Positions 49,763 through 62,000 of a stretch of 64,000 nucleotides of DNA are shown here, one piece after another; within the stretch, counting starts at the first letter, position 1; each line of letters begins with the position of its first letter. Below the pieces are notes generated by a model. The model worked only from the letters and a program-made list of their open reading frames with translations. It made no database searches and was not told the origin of the DNA. Where the stretch lies: positions 58,564 through 122,563 of the IMG/VR virus record IMGVR_UViG_2974623408_000001; one strand, 5' to 3'. Position numbers and translations under genes: made by a program. Source of the stretch: a virus (taxonomy: Duplodnaviria; Caudoviricetes).

Positions 49763-51215
49763 TTTACCCCTCCACCAGCGGCCATTGACCTGGGTGCAAC
49801 TCGTAAAGCCAGAAACCGGCGTCAGCTCTGCCCACCGTTTCCCAAATGTCAAGAGCGTTTTCTTCTGTCATGGCGTAACACCATTTGCGGTTTGGCAATC
49901 GACGCAGGAACTGTCTGCGACTGGTGATCACAGACTCGACGTCGTACGCCACTCCTTGCTCTGACCAGAACCAGCGTTGACGTTGCGACAAATGTCGAAT
50001 CATTCGCCCAACCACTCCTTCCAGACTCCGGTTTCTTCCTTGTCAATGTACGCATTCCAGCCGAAATCAAACCTGTCTTCTTCGCGCAGCATATAATAGC
50101 AGCGGAGTGCTTGTTCCCTGGTCTTTGCGTACAACCATCTGTCGTTCGGCAAACGATACGCCGGAAGAAAATCGTCGTACTTGAGGCTGGATGACGTCAG
50201 TACAGCCGTCACGTCGGCTGGAAGTTCAGATGTCGAGTGGAAAACTCGCGGCTCCGGCACGAGCTGAATCATCGGATCGCCTCTGGGTGCATGTGTGCGT
50301 AATACATGTGGTCGTTTGCCTGCTGCAACGCACCCGACCCATCCTCACGTTGCCACGACCAGGACATGCCCACGTACGTGCACAGATCGCAGGTGAACCG
50401 CCACTTGTACGGTACCTTCTTGCCGTTGTGCCACTGGTGCGACTTGTACACGCGAACAGGTCCACGTTTACGATGTCGCACGGGTCCGTCACTGGTATTG
50501 GCGAACACCGGGATGTCACGCACCCACCCCTCGGTGTGCAACTTCCAGCGCGCCCAGTGACCTGACAGCGACATGTACACGACACGATTGTCGTACGTCG
50601 GAAACATGTCTTGGAAGGAATGCTTACTCATCAATTCGTTCCTTCCACACGTACGAGCCGGTGTGGCGGGTAGGGTTTGCTTGTTGCGTAGAGATTCCAG
50701 CGCACCCACACTTGTTCGCCGTCAACTTTCGTGACCTGGCCTCCCCACTGAGTTCTTTTGTGCGCGACGAGATCGCCAACCTGGAACGTGAATACGTCCA
50801 TCACACACCCACACTTTCGTGATGCGGACCGACGTGACCGTCGATCAGCTTGCACCTGGCACCTACGTCACGCAGAAACGCACCGCACGTGCCGAACTCC
50901 AGGACCAGTTTCTCTCGCGCACGGCGAAGGCGGTAGATTTCCGCGTCCATGGTTCTGACCTGAGCGACGATTTCTGCGCGCTCTGCGTCGCGCGCAATCT
51001 TCTTGACGACTGCCGTGTCCTCAATCATCTATGTACACCTCCCACTCAGTGGCGATCGGGTCACGACCGATCTCAACCTTGGTGACCGGAACGTTCAGAC
51101 GCTTGGCGATACGTCGCTGAACGGTCACCGGTCGTTCGGTGGGGTGCCTCACTGGTTCCGTGAACATGGTCATGATGTCTCCTTGTCGATGGTGTCTGTC
51201 GTTGTCGATGTCACT

Positions 51216-51248
51216 ACAGTATCATGGTGTACGACAGCGCGCAACCCC
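51216..51248 (-). promoter_or_regulatory. SigA-like promoter
   Basis: GGGG-TTGCGC-17 nt-TACTGT. Confidence 0.65.
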
Positions 51249-51326
51249 TGAGTGGTAGTAGAAACTAGGGAAATTCTTTTATGTATTAAAAGATACTTAT
51301 TTATACAAAGATTATTCTAACTAATA

Positions 51327-51392
51327 CAAGCGTATTCAAGTGTTAATCACAGGTAATACCAATGTATTTCGCTGTGCACTTGAATACGCTTG
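51327..51392. repeat. Perfect 16-bp inverted repeat in an AT-rich island
   Basis: CAAGCGTATTCAAGTG ... CACTTGAATACGCTTG. Confidence 0.85.
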
Positions 51393-52976
51393 CTGATGTC
51401 ACTGTATTAAAATGTAAAGTTTAATACTTTTTAATAATAAGAAAAACTACTTAGAAAAGTAACCTTGCGCTGGAAAATAAAGCGTGTCACCTTTTCTTCT
51501 TGTGCTTGTGCGCGCCCTTCTTGTCTATATCCACAGCCCACATCGGCGGGGTCTTTGCTGGCTTTTTGATCGCAGGGTGTGACGGCTCAGGCTCAGAGTC
51601 TTCGCGGGTGATCTCGCCGCCCCAAGTAGTGACCTTCGTGTGTACGTGTGATGTGTGCGGAGCAGGTGTGATGACCCACGGTGAGGTTGTCGTCGTGGAC
51701 GTATGGCGGTAGAACGCACCCGCGGCTGGAGACATCTTGCCCCACGCCTTCGGCCACACCGTTTCAGAGTCGAAGATTATACCGCCGCTGGGCCATTCGA
51801 TCTTGCTGGCACGTCGACGGGCGCGCATGATTTCGGCTATCTCTGCGTGTTGTTCTATCATTTGTCCAAACCAAACTCTCGGCGTAGTAGTGTAAGGTAC
51901 ATGCGGGCCTCATCCAACTTCAGCTGCGCCATGTCGACATCTATCCTGTCTGCGTAACCGTCCTTCCAGGAGGCGTACACTCGCGCAAACTCTGCTTGGG
52001 CTTCGTTCACCTTGAACTGCTGTTCCCGCAATTCCAGATGTGCACGCCGTGCCCGGTAATCTGCATAGACTGCACGAATCTTTGTCGTTGTCTGAATCAT
52101 AGCGGATGCACCGTGCCGTACTTCTTCATGCGTCGTACACTTTCCTCGATCAACCGGGACACCGAGTCGGCGTCCATCTTGAGTTGAATGGTGACATCCG
52201 ACTTTCTCATCGCTTCCTGTATGTCACAATGCATCTGGATCAATTGCGATTCCTCCCGTCATGGGGCGGCGCATTGCTTTGCGTAACGCCTCGGCTACTG
52301 CCTTGAAGTCTTCGGCTGTTTTCTTGAAGGCCACACCCGCCTCGCTCAATGACGCGTCTAGCTCTTTGCCAGCGAGATCAATCGCCGCTGCCCTGATTTC
52401 ATCGTGGGTGTGGATCATAGTTTCTTGCCTAACTTGATGAGTAGAATAAGCGGCCACGCTGTTATAGCAAACAAGTGCATGGCAACAAAAGCATCCTTGT
52501 CATTCCCGACCACCTCGGTGAACGACTTCCAACGGTCACGGTGTTCCTGCCGTGACATGAACGCCAGCGGTGTGAGTGTCAGGATCAGGCCGATGACAAA
52601 GTACAGAATGAGGAGATCAAACATCACTTCACCCATCTCATCTGAGCTGGCAGCCAGTGTTCGGTTTTATACGGGTAACCGGGATTCGTCACTTCAGGCA
52701 TGTTGTAGACGTACTCGTCTGCCATGGCAAGCTCAATAAATCTTACAGGTTCAAAGTTTACGTTCGGATGGTCAATCAACTCAACCATAAGTTCGACAAA
52801 CTCCTTGCTGGCTCTGGCAACAAGTAGGTTGTTCGGGCTGGGTTCCACGGTGAGTTTGCCGTACACCTTCTGCTCTCGGGTCGCGAGATAGATCTGCAAG
52901 TTCAATGGCGTCACCATCCTGCTTGCTCGAGTTTCGGTTTGAATGCGCTTTAAAGCCATATCGAGTAGATCTGACA

Positions 52977-55181
52977 TCATGCTACCTTTGGTCGTAGATT
53001 GATACGCACGATCGGTGCGCCTCGCCCTCCGGCTGGACGAGCCTTGTCACGACGAATCTTGTTCAAGTCCTCGAGCGCTTTCAGGTAGTGCTCGAGATGG
53101 TCTGCCTGTCGCTTGTTGAACTGCCGCTTCAGATCACGCTGCTTCATCGGCATAGGCTCATCGTTTTCGTCCAGGTTCGCTTTTTCGTTCATGACGTCGA
53201 GAATTCTATGGTACACGCTGCGTAGATCGTCGTCGCTTGTCGTGTGAACGGCGAACAAGTAGTGCTCGGTCAACGAGTCCACCACTTTCATTGCTGTTGC
53301 CAAATACTTCGACTCGATTTCGACCGCGCGTGGGTTGTCGATCAATGTCAGCGCGGTAGCAATCTGCAACGCACGAGCCGGTGACTTGGACACCCACGAC
53401 TTGATCGCGTCGTAACGGCGACCTGTGCGTTGTTCGCGTGCCCGTGCCCGGCACCACTTCACGTACTCAGTTGCAGGGCCGACGTCGGTTTTCTTAGCCA
53501 GAATAAGACGTGGCTCGATTTTCTGGTCTTCTCTCCATGTCAGCGGCGGCGATGACGCACGAGCATCCGCCTGTCGCTGTATTCCTTCCTGGATGTGTTC
53601 GCGTGCAGCCATGTTGATTTTTCCCACAGCGTTTAACCACGCGTCACGGATCGCAGGCTCGGTCGGGTCCTCCGTGAACGTACGCTCAGACGCCATCGAT
53701 TCGGTGTAGACCACACTGAAACGCGGGATGAACCCGTCGTCCTGGGCGTCCTGATTTTCTGCGATGTACTTATTGAACGACTTGATCTGCGTCATCACGC
53801 ATGTGTTGAGTGCGGGTTTATCCACGCTTGCACCTGTCGTGGTTTTACGCGCAACCTCGATCGGGTCACCGGACATAGCCAACAGCAACGTCTGACGGTC
53901 GTCGATGAGCGCCGTACGGCCTGTCGCCTTGAAGATACTTGTGTCCGGTGAGGTGATCGCCGTCATCCCGGTCCAGCTGTTGGCGATGTGCTGCACAATC
54001 GTCGGGTTGTTGGCGTTGTCGAGTGTTGTGGGCCACGACTTGAAGTGGGAGTTTTCCCAGTAGTCTTTCTCGAACTCGCAATCGTCAATGGTTCTCATCG
54101 ACGTCCATTTGCCTTTACCTGTGCCTGTGCCTGTTGCTGTCGGCGAAACCGGTGTCGCAGGGCCACGTGAACTACTGCTGGTTGTCTTAGTCAACGCTGC
54201 CAATTCACGATCAACCTCACGAGCACGTTGTCTGCGTAGTTTGGCCTCGATACTGTTCTGGTCGATGGCGAATTTCTTGTATTCTGCCATCGCAGTTTTG
54301 AGTATCTGATTGAAGATAGCAGATTTACGTTCACCAGAGTCAGCGAGGACTGCAAAGTTCAACACGAATGGTTCCGAGTATTTACGGAAGTCGTCCTGAA
54401 TCCATATCGTATTCAGTGCGGCGCAGGCAATGGTACTCAATACCACACCCGTTACCGCGTCGGCTGCCACTTCTGTCGCGCGTGCAAAATCCTTGATGTA
54501 GTCACGTAACGCGGCAGGGAACTCGTCGATAGGAATAGGCGCAGGCGTTGACCGGAATGGGATGTCACTGCCCCACACATCGTCAAATTCTTGCCATTTC
54601 TTGGCTACCGAGCTGGCGATTGCTTTTGCTTCGTCGGTACTGTACTTCTTCTCGGCAGTCGTCATCATGGAACACAGGTTTTCAACCCACTCACGGTCCA
54701 GGTGCCCGTCCGCTCCTGCACGTTGAATCGTGTAGCCCTGGTATTTGATGTCATCGGTGATTGTCTGGGCGTAGTAGATGGGCCACAACGTTGCAGCGAG
54801 TGAGCTCAGCGAGACGGCACCCGCTATCACCATGGCTGCCAGTTCGTACCATTCGAGTTTGAGTGACGGGTTGGATGCAACGGGCATCGGTGTCACGTCG
54901 TCGTCGTTCGGCATCACCGTGTCGGTTGGTGCCGTGCGTGCCAGTCGTACGTAGTCGACACCGTACATTTCGTTTCTGTACTTCTTCGACAACCTCGCCC
55001 ATTCATCAGCGATGTCACGAACACCGTGCACGTCAGCTGGCGCATAGGATGGTTTGTCACCCAGGCAGATGGCCTGGCACAGTATGTGCGTCCATTTGTA
55101 GGTGGACGGGACCAGGTCCTCGCTGTACTCCTTGACGCGTGGTAATTGTAGGATGTGGTCGATCACTGTCGGTGCGGTCAC
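52977..55181 (-). CDS. DUF3987/YfjI-like replicative helicase-associated protein
   Basis: FPAALR..A..A, LADSGERKS, GDPI.VARK, DGFIPRF, RAL.IA. Confidence 0.75.
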   Translation of the reverse strand: MTAPTVIDHILQLPRVKEYSEDLVPSTYKWTHILCQAICLGDKPSYAPADVHGVRDIADEWARLSKKYRNEMYGVDYVRLARTAPTDTVMPNDDDVTPMPVASNPSLKLEWYELAAMVIAGAVSLSSLAATLWPIYYAQTITDDIKYQGYTIQRAGADGHLDREWVENLCSMMTTAEKKYSTDEAKAIASSVAKKWQEFDDVWGSDIPFRSTPAPIPIDEFPAALRDYIKDFARATEVAADAVTGVVLSTIACAALNTIWIQDDFRKYSEPFVLNFAVLADSGERKSAIFNQILKTAMAEYKKFAIDQNSIEAKLRRQRAREVDRELAALTKTTSSSSRGPATPVSPTATGTGTGKGKWTSMRTIDDCEFEKDYWENSHFKSWPTTLDNANNPTIVQHIANSWTGMTAITSPDTSIFKATGRTALIDDRQTLLLAMSGDPIEVARKTTTGASVDKPALNTCVMTQIKSFNKYIAENQDAQDDGFIPRFSVVYTESMASERTFTEDPTEPAIRDAWLNAVGKINMAAREHIQEGIQRQADARASSPPLTWREDQKIEPRLILAKKTDVGPATEYVKWCRARAREQRTGRRYDAIKSWVSKSPARALQIATALTLIDNPRAVEIESKYLATAMKVVDSLTEHYLFAVHTTSDDDLRSVYHRILDVMNEKANLDENDEPMPMKQRDLKRQFNKRQADHLEHYLKALEDLNKIRRDKARPAGGRGAPIVRINLRPKVA

Positions 55182-55819
55182 TGAGACGCCTCTTCTTTCG
55201 CTGCTTCTTCGATCTCTTCGTTGCGTCGTTGTTCTGCTTCCGGTGACGGGCCGTAGGTTCGAACGGCGTACTCGGTAGTTTTGCCGTTGCGTGTGCGGGT
55301 TCGTGTCTCGGTGTGCTCTACGATCTCACCCCAGTGGATTAGGTCGTGAAGAATAGGTTCCACGTCACACGTCGGGAACCGCTCCTGCAACTGATGCAGC
55401 GACAACGGCGCCGTCATTAGTTCACGGTCGCGATACACGGTGCTCCAGACTACCTCTCGTTGGACCGCCTCGGCCCGTTCATACTTGAAGTAGGTGTCCA
55501 GTCGTTCGATGTCGCGGCGCTTGACTCGTGGCACTTTGATCTTCGGGTTCGGGTTGAACGGGTCGTAGATCGCCACGCTGTACGGACCTCGGCTTGCACC
55601 GTCGAGTGTGCGAATGGCGATGGCACCACTCACCTCGAGTGTCGTCAGGTTGTCTTTCATGTGTTCGCGTTGAATGCGTGACAGCTTCGGGCGAATGTCG
55701 CGCAGCGTGACGTAGCCGTCGGGTGAGTTGCGCACCAATTTGAGGATGCGCTCGTGCATGTTGGCAACGAGTTTGGGGTCGCGTTCTAAGTCAGTTTTTG
55801 ATGTCATACCCACCATCAT
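55178..55819 (-). CDS. Putative winged-helix DNA-binding protein
   Basis: Two HTH/wing-like segments; coupled to the helicase-like gene. Confidence 0.5.
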   Translation of the reverse strand: MMVGMTSKTDLERDPKLVANMHERILKLVRNSPDGYVTLRDIRPKLSRIQREHMKDNLTTLEVSGAIAIRTLDGASRGPYSVAIYDPFNPNPKIKVPRVKRRDIERLDTYFKYERAEAVQREVVWSTVYRDRELMTAPLSLHQLQERFPTCDVEPILHDLIHWGEIVEHTETRTRTRNGKTTEYAVRTYGPSPEAEQRRNEEIEEAAKEEASQ

Positions 55820-55859
55820 ACGTGTCTCTGAGTCTCGTGTGAGAACAGGGTTCAGCGAT

Positions 55860-56280
55860 TTAGTTGACCGCCTCTATAAGGAAGGTCCTTAGCATAGTAG
55901 TAGAAGAATAATAATAATAATATAGTTTCTACTATTACCTATATAGAGGCAATGTTAATCTTGTGACTCACTGTCGTGAAGTGCCTGACCTGTGATGTCA
56001 TCCTCCGACTAAGGTTGCAAAATAAGTGATTCTCTGTTTTCAATAACTATTATTCGCCTTTCGTCGTCCAGCATACACCTGTGATGTGTACATGGACAAC
56101 TCCAGAATTGTGAACACATTGGTGTGGTATACACCGTGAAAAAAGATGAATAACACTTATTGATGTCAGGAAAACCACTTATTTCGCAACCTTGAAGAAG
56201 GGTGGTTCAGTAACACATTTTTGCGTGCTTTGACGACAAAGAAAGTGTCATCGGGTAAGGGAAAAATGACCTGTGCCGTG
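55860..56280. other. AT-rich intergenic region with inverted repeats; candidate replication origin
   Basis: GCCTCTATA/TATAGAGGC; AAGGTTGCAAAATAAGTG (56011) with near-perfect reverse complement (56176-56193); AAT repeats. Confidence 0.5.
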
Positions 56281-56369
56281 GGCAGAATTTGCGTCGTTGA
56301 CTAGGGTGGGTGAAAGTGGAATTTGTCAAGTGGACAGGGTTTGTCGTACGCGCGCGTAAAGGAGGTCAC

Positions 56370-56804
56370 CTGATGGGTGAGATGCACACCGGCTGGGGCA
56401 GACAGACGGCCAGGTGGAGAGCAGACCCTAAAAGATGGTCTCTGACCTCTGGAGCGGTGATTCTAGCCATTTCTAGGGCTTCTACGGCAAAAGAGCCGCC
56501 ACTCACCGCGTCACAGATAGTAGAAGCGGTGTTAAAAACACCCGAACCTTATAAGACAGCAGAAGATCATGAGATTTGGGAAAAATCGCGCCTTCTACTG
56601 GATTCTCCGGCTGAGATACTTGATTTATTGAGTGTATTGTGCGGTGAGGGCGAAAACTACCCAGAAGCGCCTGTATATACAGACGGCACGGTGTTTATGC
56701 TCACAGAAGCGGGTAAAGCAGCCGCCGAGCAGATGGATTCAGACTGGCGCCAGTACTGCGGCAAGAGACTGGCTGAGAAGCCCGCCGGGATACGGGCACT
56801 CTAG
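56370..56804 (+). CDS. Hypothetical protein (winged-helix-like)
   Basis: AAGGAGG RBS; start approximate. Confidence 0.5.
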   Translation: MMGEMHTGWGRQTARWRADPKRWSLTSGAVILAISRASTAKEPPLTASQIVEAVLKTPEPYKTAEDHEIWEKSRLLLDSPAEILDLLSVLCGEGENYPEAPVYTDGTVFMLTEAGKAAAEQMDSDWRQYCGKRLAEKPAGIRAL

Positions 56805-56866
56805 AAATGGTTATTAACAATGGTCATTTAGTCGATTTATGGTTAATACCATTGTATCATTGTGTT

Positions 56867-57469
56867 ATGGCTAAACCAAAACGCATTAAATCATTTACTT
56901 CTACCGACGAATTGAACGCAGAAATCACCCGGTGGGCTGGTTATTACCGCATTTCTGAATCAGAACTAATACGTAATACCCTAGATTCCTTCGTTAAGCG
57001 GTGCGAAAAACAATGCGCTGACAACGGCACATTACCGCCGCCAGCCGTACCGCCGTTGCCCGTGCCTCAAAAGGGGAAGGCGTGGATATACGGGTTATAC
57101 CTCGATAACCAGTGCTTTTACGTTGGTCAGACCACTAAACTCTACACTCGAGAAGGTCAACATCGAACAAAATACGGTGCTGATTTCGATTTTGAAGTGC
57201 TAGAAGAGGTTAATAACCACGAAAAATTAGATGCTGAACAGGATTGGATTCGTCATCTTCAGGCGCAAGGACACAAGCTCGATAACAAATGGTACCGCGG
57301 ACCGGGCCGAAAACGAGAAGGTATTACCCGCGATCCGATGATGCCACCGTGGGAGGAGCCTTGCTATATCTGTAATGATGGCACATGGCATCCGCCTAAG
57401 AGCAAAAATGAACTCGACAAAGAAGCAGAAATTGCGTCGTTGTTTAAAGGCGAAATAGCCGGGCCGTAA
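56867..57469 (+). CDS. GIY-YIG-like nuclease with N-terminal ribbon-helix-helix-like segment
   Basis: WIYGL..FYVGQT..R..QH..E..WI..LDN; ISESELIR. Confidence 0.65.
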   Translation: MAKPKRIKSFTSTDELNAEITRWAGYYRISESELIRNTLDSFVKRCEKQCADNGTLPPPAVPPLPVPQKGKAWIYGLYLDNQCFYVGQTTKLYTREGQHRTKYGADFDFEVLEEVNNHEKLDAEQDWIRHLQAQGHKLDNKWYRGPGRKREGITRDPMMPPWEEPCYICNDGTWHPPKSKNELDKEAEIASLFKGEIAGP

Positions 57470-57480
57470 GGAAAAATGAA

Positions 57481-58929
57481 ATGACAGGAAAAGCAGAATC
57501 TGCGTCGTCGTCTGAGACAGCGTTACCCCGCAAAGGCACAGACGTCCAAATAGATGCGCCCTTGTGGGAGTGGGCTCCGCCCTTCAAAGGCACCAAGCGC
57601 TCGCACCAGTCCGCCCGGGAAAAGGCGAAGGCGACAACATGGCTAGACACCAGAGACCAGCGGTGGTGGATCAACGCCAAGCATCTCGAGGGTCTGCCGC
57701 CCAAGCGTGTACTGCGCACCAAGTTCACCTACCGCCAGTTCCTTCACTTGCTCTGGACCAGCTCTGAACTGTATGTCCATGCCCGTGTTGCTTTTGAAAC
57801 TGGGACGCCTATCACCGAACTTGACGCGTCTCGAAAAGCAGAAATTTCGTCGTTGCGCAAGCGCCTGCGTCCGGTGAGAAACTTCTCCAAGCTGGTGCTG
57901 AACGGCGGCCCTGAAGGGCAATGGCTGGGCAAAACCCTGCGCCCTGAGGATGTCCATGAGGAGGTCGTCAAGCTGCACGCGAGCGGGTCACCAGGCTTCG
58001 ACGCCATGACCGTTGCGGCATCGTCAACGGCATGGGAAATGTTCGCCGAGGACACCATCTCAGTCGAGGAATACGCCCTCCTGAAGCAGCGTAAAGACCT
58101 TCCCGGTGTCCAGACCAAGGAAGGCTACGACCTGCACCGGCTCGCGAAGCATGCCGCCCGTGCCGAGACTAGCCTGGTTAGGGCAGAACCGCACACCGTC
58201 CGTGAGTACATGCCTGACACCGGGATGTACGCCGGCGTCGGGTCTGAACTGGCCAAGAAGATCACCAACCCGCTCGAGGCGAGTGGCGTCGTCGACCCTG
58301 CCACGGGTGAGATCAAACACGTACGGTGCCAGTTCGTCTTCACCCGTGACGTCCTCGAGGCGATGGGCAGCTCGGTTGTGCACCGTGACGTCAAAGAAAA
58401 CTCACAATGCGCGAACATGGCTGTGCCTGGGACGATCAGATGTGAGATGCACGGTGGCCTGTACGCGTCACCGGATGAGACCCGCCGTCTGGTTGTGTCC
58501 AGCCAGCTGAAGATGTTCACCCTGGCCGACCAGGCTGTCGCTACGATCGCTGACATCATGATGCATGGCACAAACGAGGCCACCCGACTGCGTGCCGCTG
58601 AGACCATTCTGAACCGCTCCGGGATCACCGAGGGTAACGACTTCGAGATGCCTTCGCTCGAGGGCAAGAAACAGGGCGCCGGCGAGGATGCCACCGACAA
58701 GATCAAGCGACGCCTGCAGAAACTGGCGAGCGTCACCGATGAGGACCTGGAGCGTATCCGTGCCGAGCGTGACGAGCGTACCGCTCAGCAGCGTGCCGAC
58801 CATGAACAGCACCGTGCCCCCGGTCACGAGGTGATCGAGGGCGAGGTGGTTGAAGGGTCAGCCGAAGTGGGCCCAGATGAACGGGAGGGCGGCGATGGTA
58901 CCGCCGATCACACCGGCGATGATGAGTAG
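57481..58929 (+). CDS. Putative terminase small subunit (HGG Zn module plus C-terminal oligomerisation helix)
   Basis: RC..QC..AVPG..RCEMHGG; TRLRAAETILNRSG; long N-terminal extension. Confidence 0.5.
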   Translation: MTGKAESASSSETALPRKGTDVQIDAPLWEWAPPFKGTKRSHQSAREKAKATTWLDTRDQRWWINAKHLEGLPPKRVLRTKFTYRQFLHLLWTSSELYVHARVAFETGTPITELDASRKAEISSLRKRLRPVRNFSKLVLNGGPEGQWLGKTLRPEDVHEEVVKLHASGSPGFDAMTVAASSTAWEMFAEDTISVEEYALLKQRKDLPGVQTKEGYDLHRLAKHAARAETSLVRAEPHTVREYMPDTGMYAGVGSELAKKITNPLEASGVVDPATGEIKHVRCQFVFTRDVLEAMGSSVVHRDVKENSQCANMAVPGTIRCEMHGGLYASPDETRRLVVSSQLKMFTLADQAVATIADIMMHGTNEATRLRAAETILNRSGITEGNDFEMPSLEGKKQGAGEDATDKIKRRLQKLASVTDEDLERIRAERDERTAQQRADHEQHRAPGHEVIEGEVVEGSAEVGPDEREGGDGTADHTGDDE

Positions 58930-59028
58930 CGTCATGTCACCTCCCTCGTAGTGCGATCCAGTAGATGAGTGCCATGACTCCGCACCATCCGACGAACAAA
59001 AGCACGTCGACCCAGTTGATGTCGTGCA

Positions 59029-62000
59029 TTACGGCTCCACGATCGATCGGAGGGTGTACTCGATGTCACCGGCGCGAGCTGTCCAAATCCAGACGAATGA
59101 CCCGTTGGTGACCCTGTTCGGTGTCTGTCGTTGCCACCGTACGGCGTCGTGGAGCGCTACGCGTCGTGCGTCGGCTTGCCGCCGGTACGAGTCGATCACA
59201 CCGGGTGACCGATGGGGCAGGAGCGAGGAATCCACGGCGTTCTGCACTTCGTCGTTGATGTACGCGACGACCGAATCCTTGGCGGTCTGCCAGTCGTCGG
59301 TTGTGGCGATGTTCACGTGGCACATGGCGGCGTGTTCGTCGTTGCTCGGGTTGACGTGGTCACGGGTGCCGTAGTACTTGGTGGACATCACGCACCCCGG
59401 ATTTCGTCGATCTTCGCCTGGGCGATGACGTTGTTGGCTTCGTCCCGGAGCACGTACAGCGACGTCGTGCCAGCCATGCCGTGCTCTTCGAAACCCAGAG
59501 CCTGCGCCGTGTTGAAGGCGTGGACGAACGACTCGCACGTGGTCGTGGTGGTGATGATGTCCTCATCCGTCGGGACGATGACGGTCAGGAGGTGTGGTGT
59601 TGCCATTGTTTTTCCTTTCGTGGTGTTTTTGTTGATACGATGATCGTATCACGTCACAACGCGGAGCGCAACCCCGTAATCTCTTCGTATTCCTGCAGTG
59701 TGATCACTCTGCACGCGATAGCACCGTGCAGCATGGCGTTGTAGGCGCCGTGCAGCGTGTCGTTGACGCCGCTTGTGATCTTGATACGCTCGATCCGCCC
59801 GTCGACACGGGTCCTGTAGTCGATGCTCCACAGCCACGCGGCACACGGGATGTTGTCCTCGTCGAGCGTGATGTCGTCCAGCTCGATGGCTGCCGTGTAC
59901 AGGTCCCCTTCGTCGATGCCGCCCTTCAGTACGGTCGTGAGGGTCTTGTCCCCGATCGTTTCCCAGTCCATGATGTTCTCCTTATGTTGTCGTTGCTGCC
60001 GTGAACGCCACGATGACGATCACGATGAGGGCGAACCAGAGCCAGTCGTTCACACGACCTCCTTGATCTCGTCGATCAGCTCGTCCCCGACCTGCTTGCT
60101 GTCGTCGCTGACGTCGCCGCCCATGTAGATTTCCCTGATGTAGTGAGCCAACACGTCGCGCGTCGTCGCGTACACCCGGTACACGGGTGTGCCTTCGCCG
60201 GAGAGGGCGTGCTTGTTCGGGATGGGCACGAATGACATCGTGCTGTCGTTCACGTCGTCCTCACCCGGGTCGTTCGCCGAAAACGGGAGGTCGATGTACA
60301 CGGTCATGACGGGCTCGCCGTACCAGTTGGCGGAATATACTGCGTGCATTGTGGTGCCTTTCGTGGTGGTGTTCGTTGTTGATGCATTAATCCTATCACG
60401 CACACGTGCACAGCGCAACCCCTCATTGCTACATTACCGGCCAGTAACATAGCGAAACCCCCGCCGGGGAGAACACCACGAAAACCCCGGCGGGGGCCGC
60501 CCTGCTCGACGCGCCAAACGGCGCGGAGCGGGTCTAGAAGGGCATCACCTTCTTGGCTTGACGGTACATGCTGGTCTTGGCACGCGGTTTGCGTGGCTTG
60601 TGCTGGCTCAGTTCGTCCGTGAGCCCGTACGTGAACGATGTCCCGAGGGCGAACGCCTGGCCCGCTGAGCGAGCCATGCGATGTCGTCTGTTGCCCATCA
60701 CGTCACCACGTGATCCGTGCGATCGCGGGCGATTCGCCGCCGTCGTTGTACACGTGGAACGAGCCCACGGGGTCCTGCGACTGGAGGCCCCAGCCCTGGT
60801 CGTGAACGAACCGGCTGAGGTTCTCCTCGGCGAACAGGTAGTTGGTGTGCGTCTCCTTGAAGAGCACGCGATTCTGGTGGTTGATCACCGTGGCTGTGAA
60901 CATGTTGTCTCCTTCGTTGGTGTTTGTGTGGTGTTCGTACGTTCATCGTATCACGCGGGGCCACGATGCGCAACCCCGCGTGATGCAATCACCGTACGAG
61001 GTCGACCAGCGTGCCGATCCAGTCGCTGTAGGCGATCTCCTCCATCTCAGCGGCGTCGAGCATCGCGCTCTCGTGATCGCAGTCAGCCTCGTCGAACATG
61101 TCTTCCGGTCGCACCGTCCCGATGAGGTCGTTTCGATGCGTCAGGGCGGCCAGCATGCCGCACCCGTTCGACCAGATGGTGATGAGCACGTCCTTGTAGC
61201 CGTGTGGCTCACCAATCGTCACCTCGGCGTAGTGCGAGGCGCCGCGGGCGCGGTAGATGACGGCGATGTTGTCCCAGTTGTCGACGATCGTGGTGGCGTT
61301 CAGTGGTGCGGTCATTGTGGTGTCCTTTCGTTGTCGATGTATTCATCCTATCACGTTCGCACGTGATGCGCAACCCCTACGCTGGCTCCCGCACGATGGT
61401 CAGCTCGCCGCGATACACCTGGTCCTGCAGGGCGCTGACGTCTGTGACGGCCTTGGTGCCGTTGCTGTACGTGACCCGCACGGCGCGCCCTGAGCGCTCT
61501 GCTACGAGGATATTGCCGTTGCGTTCACGGTACCGGCTGGTGGTGATCATGTCAGAATACCTCCGCGATCTCGTCCGCGATGACGGCGAACATGAGGAAC
61601 AGTGTGGTGATGGTGATGATGAGTGTGGCTGTGGTGTTCATGCATTAATCATAACACGCCCCACAACGAAACGCAACCCCCGATCTGGTGTGATCAGGGG
61701 TTGCGTGGGCGGCCAGGCCCGAGAGCTCAGTAATCCTCCTCATCATCGTCGCCGAAGGCGAACGTTTCGTACGCGCTGATCTTGCCCCAGCTGGCGCCGT
61801 AGCGATTGTCCTTGTCGTGGGTGACGACGATCGCGTCCTCGCCGAAATCGCCGATCGCGTTCTCGACGGCCGCCAGCAGGTCGCCCAGCGTCATGCGGGA
61901 TTCGGCCTGGTCGGCGGCGTAGCCGCGGTTGGCGCTGACGTTCATGACGGCGTAGGTCTGGTCGGACATTGTGGTGCCTTTCGTTCGTGGTGTGGTGTGT

